NCBI RefSeq assembly: GCF_963921235.1
Contig: NC_086123.1
Location: 37,200,001-37,264,000, forward strand
Length of the DNA: 64,000 nt
Source: Mobula hypostoma
Lineage: Eukaryota
Reading direction: 5' to 3'
The notes beneath the pieces are model-generated. The model had not been told where the DNA came from. It searched no databases and saw only the letters and a program-made list of their open reading frames with translations. Below are positions 56,871-64,000 of the stretch, piece after piece. Within the stretch, counting starts at the first letter, position 1. Every line of letters begins with the position of its first letter. The position numbers were made by a program, and so were the translations under genes.

Positions 56871-59800
56871 GTCCAGGTTAGGGTTAGTGAGTTGTATGCA
56901 CGCTACGTTGGTGTCCGGGTTAGGGTTAGTGAGTTGTATGCACGCTACGTTGGTGTCAATGTTAGAGTTAGTGAGTTGTATGCACGCTACGTTGGTGTCC
57001 AGGTTAAGGTTAGTGAGTTGTATGCATGCTACGTTGGTGTCCAGGTTCAGGTTAGTGAGTTGTATGCACACTACGTTGGTGTCCGGGTTAGGGTTAGTGA
57101 GTTGTATGCAGGCTACGTTGGTGTCCAGGTTAGGGTTAGTGAGTTGTATGCACGTTACGTTGGAGTCCAGGTTTGGGTTAGTGAGTTGTATGCACACTAC
57201 GTTGGTGTCCAGGTTAGGGTTAGTGAGTTGTATGCACGCTACGTTGGTGTCCAGGTTAGGGTTAGTGAGTTGTATGCACGCTACGTTGGTGTCCGGGTTA
57301 GGGTTAGTGAGTTGTATGCACGCTACGTTGGTGTCCGGGTTAGGGTTAGTGAGTTGTATGCACGCTACGTTGGTGTGCGGGTTAGGATTAATGAGTTGTA
57401 TGCACGCTACGTTGGTGTCCGGGTTAGGGTTAGTGAGTTGTATGCAAGCTACATTGGTGTCCAGGTTAGGGTTAGTGAGTTGTATGCACGCTACGTTGGT
57501 GTCAATGTTAGGGTTAGTGAGTTGTATGCACGCTACGTTGGTGTCCGAGTTAGGGTTAGTGAGTTGTATGCACGCTACGTTGGTGTCCAGGTTAGGATTA
57601 GTGAGTTGTATGCACGCAACGTTGGTGTCCAGGTTAGGGTTAGTGAGTTGTATGCACGCTACGTTGGTGTCCGGGTTAGGGTTAGTGAGTTGTATGCAAG
57701 CTACATTGGTGTCCAGGTTAAGGTTAGTGAGTTGTATGCACGCTACGTTGGTGTCCAGGTTAGGGTTAGTGAGTTGTATGCACGCTACGTTGGTGTCCAG
57801 GTTAGGGTTAGTGAGTTGTATGCAGGCTACGTTGGTGTCCAGGTTAGGGTTAGTGAGTTGTATGCACGCTACGTTGGTGTCAATGTTAGGGTTAGTGAGT
57901 TGTATGCACGCTACGTTGGTGTCCGAGTTAGGGTTAGTGAGTTGTATGCACGCTACATTGGTGTCCAGGTTAGGATTAGTGAGTTGTATGCACGCAACGT
58001 TGGTGTCCAGGTTAGGGTTAGTGAGTTGTATGCACGCTATGTTGCTGTCCAGGTTAGGGTTAGTGAGTTGTATGCATGCTACGTTGGTGCCCATGTAAGG
58101 GTTAGTGAGTTGTATGCACGCTACGTTGGTGTCCATGTAAGGGTTAGTGAGTTGTATGCACGCTACGTTGGTGTCCAGGTTAGGGTTAGTGAGTTGTATG
58201 CACGCTACGTTGGTGTCCGGGTTAGGGTTAGTGAGTTGTATGCACGCTACGTTGGTGTCCGGGTTAGGGTTAGTGAGTTGTATGCATGCTACGTTGGTGT
58301 CCGGGTTAGGGTTAGTGAGTTGTATGCACGCTACGTTGGTGTCCAGGTTAGGATTAGTGAGTTGTATGCACGCTACGTTGGTATCCGGGTTAGGATTAGT
58401 GAGTTGTATGCATGCTACGTTGGTGTCCGGGTTAGGGTTAGTGAGTTGTATGCACGCTACGTTGGTGTCCGGGTTAGGGTTAGTGAGTTGTATGCACGCT
58501 ACGTTGGTGTCCGGGTTAGGGTTAGTGAGTTGTATGCACGCTACGTTGGTGTCCGGGTTAGGATTAGTGAGTTGTATGCACGCTACGTTGGTGTCCGGGT
58601 TAGGATTAGTGAGTTGTATGCACGCTACGTTGGTGTCCGGGTTAGGGTTAGTGAGTTGTATGCACGCTACGTTGGTGTCCAGGTTAAGGTTAGTGAGTTG
58701 TTTGCACGCTACATTGGTGTCCAGGTTAAGGTTAGTGAGTTGTTTGCACGCTACGTTGGTGTCCGAGTTAGGGTTAGTGAGTTGTATGCACGCTACGTTG
58801 GTGTCCATGTTAGGGTTAGTGAATTGTATGCATGTTACGTTGGTGACCAGGTTAGGATTAGTGAGTTGTATGCACGCTACGTTGGTGTCCGGGTTAGGGT
58901 TAGTGAGTTGTATGCACACTACATTGGTGTCAATGTTAGGGTTAGTGAGTTGTATGCATGCTACGTTGGTGTCCAGGTTAGGGTTAGTGAGTTGTATGCA
59001 CGCTACGTTGGTGTCAATGTTAGGATTAGTGAGTTGTATGCATGCTACTTTGGTGTCCAGGTTAGGGTTAGTGAGTTGTATGCACGCTACGTTGGTGTCC
59101 GGGTTAGTGTTAGTGAGTTGTATGCACACTACGTTGGTGTCAATGTTAGGGTTAGTGAGTTGTATGCACGCTACGTTGGTGTCCGGGTTAGGATTAGTGA
59201 GTTGTATGCACGCTACGTTGGTGTCCGGGTTAGGGTTAGTGAGTTGTATGCACGCTACGTTGGTGTCAATGTTAGGGTTAGTGAGTTGTATGCACGCTAC
59301 GTTGGTATCCAGGTTAGGGTTAGTGAGTTGTATGCACGCTATGTTGGTGTCCGGGTTAGGGTTAGTGAGTTGTATGCACGCTACGTTGGTGTCCGGGTTA
59401 GGGTTAGTGAGTTGTATGCACGCTACGTTGGTGTCCAGGTTAGGATTAGTGAGTTGTATGCATGCTACGTTGGTGTAAAGGTTAGGGTTAGTGAGTTGTA
59501 TGCACGCTACGTTGGTGTCCGGGTTAGGGTTAGTGAGTTGTATGCACGCTACGTTGGTGTCCAGGTTAGGGTTAGTGAGTTGTATGCACACTACGTTGGT
59601 GTCTGGGTTAAGGTTAGTGAGTTGTATGCACGCTACGTTGGTGTCCAGGTTAAGGTTAGTGAGTTGTATGCACGCTACGTTGGTGTCCGGGTTAGGGTTA
59701 GTGAGTTGTATGCACGCTACGTTGCTGTCCAGGTTAGGGTTAGTGAGTTGTATGCACGCTACATTGGTGTCCAGGTTAAGGTTAGTGAGTTGTATGCACG

Positions 59801-60047
59801 CTACGTTGGTGTCCAGGTTAAGGTTAGTGAGTTGTATGCATGCTACGTTGGTGTCCAGGTTCAGGTTAGTGAGTTGTATGCACACTACGTTGGTGTCCGG
59901 GTTAGGGTTAGTGAGTTGTATGCAGGCTACGTTGGTGTCCAGGTTAGGGTTAGTGAGTTGTATGCACGTTACGTTGGAGTCCAGGTTTGGGTTAGTGAGT
60001 TGTATGCACACTACGTTGGTGTCCAGGTTAGGGTTAGTGAGTTGTAT
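56871..60047 (+). repeat. 42-bp satellite, block 1 (~76 units; GTCCAGGTTAGGGTTAGTGAGTTGTATGCACGCTACGTTGGT)
   Basis: Strict 42-bp period with no apparent indels. Confidence 0.98.
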
Positions 60048-60860
60048 TGTTATGTACCCCGTAACTGGGTTGCCAAACCAGCAGAAATCGACCACTTAGT
60101 TGGAGTCTGGTTTAACAGAAACTAATGAAGTTTTATTAAAGAAACAAATTACACAGTACTCCAATCGCAAGGATATAAATGCAACAGGTTAGCAATGATA
60201 AAACACACATGTAAACAGAACTAGGGTAATAGGAATCAACCAAGCTCTATCGCAGTCTAGGGGTAAAATGATCAGTCTCAAGTGACGCAGAGTTCGGTTC
60301 AGCTTAGTACAGTTCGCAATAATCGCTGCTGTGCCATTGGAGAGAAAGAGAGAGAATGCAAATTTTGATTCAAACAGACCCTTGATGTTCTTCGCAGTTA
60401 GCTTTTGGGCGAACCCCTTTATGTCTTCTGTGGTCACCGACTGTGACCCCTCCGTTCCGGATACAACCGTTCTTCCACGGTGAACCCGGCACCCAGGCAA
60501 GGGCGGACACACACACCAGGTTCCCGCCAATCGTACCTTTTCACCCTGTGCATCTATGGTCGGTTTCCGCGACCAGATTTCCAAACTGCCACCAAATTTT
60601 GGGTGCACACCGCTCTTTCAGGGTCTCGTTATCACATGATCTCGTGGTGTGTGTTGTGCCTTAGCGAACCTGTTCTTTTTCTCCCCCTGCTGGGGTATCG
60701 TCTGTCCATCAAACTTCAAACAGTTCAGGTTCAAAGCAATCGATCTGTCTTTCTCGTTAATCTCTCTCTTCTCTCTTATTAGCATTTTGTATGTTTCTCC
60801 ATTGTCTCCCTCATCTCTCTCATCAGCATCAATCTTCTGATAATTTGGTTTTTTTTCACA
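60048..60860 (-). mobile_element. Solo LTR inserted in the satellite
   Basis: TGT...ACA termini; exact 4-bp TSD GTAT (60044-60047 and 60861-60864). AATAAA on minus near 60132 suggests the orientation. Confidence 0.85.
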
Positions 60861-62150
60861 GTATGCACGCTACGTTGGTGTCCAGGTTAGGGTTAGTGAG
60901 TTGTATGCACGCTACATTGGTGTCCGGGTTATGGTTAGTGAGTTGTATGCATGCTACGTTGGTGTCCGGGTTAGGGTTAGTGAGTTGTATGCACGCTACG
61001 TTGGTGTCCGGGTTAGGGTTAGCGAGTTGTATGCATGCTACGTTGGTGTCTGGGTTAGGGTTAGTGAGTTGTATGCACGTTACGTTGGTGTCCGGGTTAA
61101 GGTTAGTGAGTTGTATGCACGCTACGTTGGTGTCCAGGTTCAGGTTAGTGAGTTGTATGCACGCTACGTTGGTGTCCGGCTTAGGATTAGTGAGTTGTAT
61201 GCACGCTACGTTGGTGTCCGGGTTAGGGTTAGTGAGTTGTATGCACGCTACGTTGGTGTCCAGGTTAAGGTTAGTGAGTTGTATGTACGCTACGTTGGTA
61301 TCCGGGTTAGGATTAGTGAGTTGTATGCACGCTACGTTGGTGTCCGGGTTAGGGTTAGTGAGCTGTATGCACGCTACGTTGGTATCCGGGTTAGGGTTAG
61401 TGAGTTGTATGCACGCTACGTTGGTGTCAATGTTAGGGTTAGTGAGTTGTATGCACGCTACGTTGGTGTCCGGGTTAAGGTTAGTGAGTTGTATGTACGC
61501 TACGTTGGTATCCGGCTTAGGGTTAGTGAGTTGTATGCACACTACGTTGGTGTCCGGGTTAGGGTTAGTGAGTTGTATGCACGCTACGTTGGTATCCAGG
61601 TTAGGGTTAGTGAGTTGTATGCATGCTACGTTGGTGTCCAGGTTAGGGTTAGTGAGTTGTATGCACGCTACGTTGGTATCCGGGTTAGGGTTAGTGAGTT
61701 GTATGCACGCTACGTTGGTGTCCGGGTTAGGGTTAGTGAGTTGTATGCACGCTACGTTGGTGTCCAGGTTAGGGTTAGTGAGTTGTATGCACGCTACGTT
61801 GGTGTCCAGGTTAGGATTAGTGAGTTGTATGCACGCTACGTTGGTGTCCCGGTTAGGGTTAGTGAGTTGTATGCACGCTACGTTGGTGTCCAGGTTAGGG
61901 TTAGTGAGTTGTATGCACACTACGTTGGTATCCGGGTTAGGGTTAGTGAGTTGTATGCACGCTACGTTGGTATCCGGGTTAGGGTTAGTGAGTTGTATGC
62001 ACGCTACGTTGGTGCTGGAAGGGTTAGGGTTAGGGTTAGGGTTAGGGTTCGGGTTAGGGTTAGTGAGTTGTATGCACGCTACGTTGGTGCTGGAAGGGTT
62101 AGGGTTAGGGTTAGGGTTAGGGTTAGTGACTTGTATGCACGCTACATTGG
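60861..62150 (+). repeat. 42-bp satellite, block 2 (~30 units), ending with (TTAGGG)n tracts
   Basis: Same unit; telomeric tracts at 62021-62063 and 62096-62126. Confidence 0.97.
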
Positions 62151-62284
62151 TGCTGGAAACGTGGCAACACTTGCCAGTTGCCCCCAGTACTGCTTGGAAT
62201 CTGTTGGTCATTGATGTAAACAACGCATTTCACTGTATATTTCAATGTACATGTGACAAATAAATAATCTTTACTTTAAGGCAA

Positions 62285-63040
62285 GACCATAAGATATCAG
62301 AGCCGATTAAGGCCTTTCAGCCCATCAAGTCTGCTCTGCTATTCCATCATAGCTGATCCCGGATCCCACTCAACCCCTCACACCTGCCTTCTCACTATAT
62401 CCTTTGATGCCCTGGCCAATCAGGAAACTATCAACTTCTTTCTTAAATATTCCCACGGACTTGGCCTCCACTGCAGTCTGTGGCAGAGCATTCCACAGAT
62501 TTACTACTTTCTGGCTAAAAAAATTCCTCCTTCCTTCTGTTCTAAAGAGTCAGCCCTCAATTTTGAGGCTGTGCCCTGTAGTTCTGGACACCCCCACCAT
62601 AGGAAACATCCAAACATTCTCTCCATATCCACCCTATCTAGTCCTTTCAAAATTCAGTAGGTTTCAATGAGATCTCCATGCATTCTTCCAAATTCCAGTG
62701 AGTACAGGCCCAAAGCTGCCAAACGCTTCTCATATGTTAACCCCTTCATTCCCGCAATCATCCTCATAAACCTCCTCTGGACTCTCTCCAATGATAACAC
62801 ATCCTTTCTGAGACCTGGGACCCAAAACTGTTGTCAATACTCTGCAGCCTGATTAGTGTCTTATAAAGCCTCAGCATTATCTCCTTGCATTTATATTCTA
62901 TTCCCCTAGAAATAAATGCCTACATTGCATTTGCCTTCTTTGCCACAGACTTAACCTTCTAGGAATCTTGCATGAGGACTCCCAAGTTTCTCTGCACCTC
63001 TGATGTTTGAACCTTCCCCTCATTAAGATAATAGTCCAGC
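62285..63040 (-). mobile_element. Degraded CR1 LINE 3' region
   Basis: CR1 3' RT region and UTR, similar to 2617-3420. Confidence 0.8.
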
Positions 63041-64000
63041 TAGGTAACAAAGGGGAAGTTTGAGGGCCTGTACTGTACTCTGTTCTACATGAGGAGGGGA
63101 AGGGATAGTCTGCCTGGCATTAGTGGTTGCATAACCGGGACTTGTGGTGTGCACCAGCTGCTCCCTTGGCTTCACCTGTTCGGGGGCTGGGGGGCTAAGT
63201 AAGTGCTATACCTTGCGCAACGGTGACCTGCAGGCTAGCGGAGAGAAGGAGCATCTTACACCTTCTTTAGTAAAGACGCATCTGCACTCCACCACCCATA
63301 ATATCAGTGTAAATGGTGAAATGGTAGGAGTCCATTGCATTAGTGTTTAATTGAGTGGTTACCTTTGAGGAGATTTAACTTTTTAATAATTGTTTGTGTT
63401 TACTTTCAGTGGTTTACGTTTGCTTTTTGATGCTTATTGCATGAGCATCAACTGGATTTGAAGTTTTAAAAAGGACCCTTAAATAAATTGTATTTATAAA
63501 TGATATCAACAACATTGAAGAGGTGAAAATGAAATTTTATGTCTTTGCTGCAATAGACACCTCAGAAAATTGTGTGTGAGGGGACATATTGTGTGGTATA
63601 TGGGTATGTTGTGTGTGAGGAGGTATACATGAATTATTTTCAATTTTTTTAGTAAAATTATTTTTATCCTATGTTTCATGAAATATAATATATTTATCCC
63701 TTGTGGATACTTCAATGTTGAAATGTTTAAGCAGTTCTGAAATTTAGAACTTTTTGCTTCTTGGTGTGCTGCCTGTCAGCAATCCAGTGTGATGACACTG
63801 CTTCGCCTACTGGAGTCTGACATCACGGCGCCCACTGCCCCTCAATGGCAAGTTCCTCAGAGGTCAGTGCTGAGAACAATCCAGCCCAGTGCACTTCCCC
63901 TGAGACGCTGTGTCTGCAGTGAGCACACGTCTCCAGGCAGGTACCTAAACAACGTGGGGTAGAGCAGAAGCGACATACACAACACTGGAAGACTCAGCAG

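Larger units (their letters stand above)
56725..62275 (+). mobile_element. V-SINE-like copy whose interior is expanded into a satellite
   Basis: 5' half (56725-56870) and 3' half (62150-62275) match the two ends of the 26910-27215 copy. Confidence 0.85.

Noticed and set aside
56757-62263. Very long ORFs (1122, 1077, 490, 455 aa and others) with 14-aa repeats
   Set aside because: They follow from a 42-bp unit that is stop-free in three frames on both strands. The unit is SINE-derived, and there is no promoter or splice context.
63789-63873. C/D-box snoRNA (GTGATGA ... CTGA)
   Set aside because: No convincing terminal stem and no recognisable rRNA antisense element.

Overview
Repeat-dense vertebrate genomic DNA. 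The mix of CR1, Rex1/Babar, Penelope-type and V-SINE repeats suggests a cartilaginous fish, probably a ray (inference). Two intact lens beta-crystallin genes sit head-to-head, and the ORF track largely misses them because they are spliced. CRYBA4 is on the minus strand (5 coding exons, 345-13086, 195 aa, non-coding exon 1 and TATA near 17292-17359). CRYBB1 is on the plus strand (5 coding exons, 25095-36651, 227 aa, PL1/PL2-like promoter and TATA near 24368-24460). The other long ORFs are LINE reverse-transcriptase fragments or artefacts of tandem repeats. Three non-genic signals stand out. (1) A complete HDV-like (double-pseudoknot) ribozyme fold with an unusual L3 insertion at the 5' end of an interspersed element (10565-10722). 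(2) Minimal hammerhead ribozyme motifs in a Penelope-type repeat family. (3) A ~105-copy 42-bp satellite grown from the interior of one V-SINE copy: most units carry TTAGGGTTAG, the array ends in near-pure (TTAGGG)n tracts, and a solo LTR splits it. All alignments and folds were done by eye.
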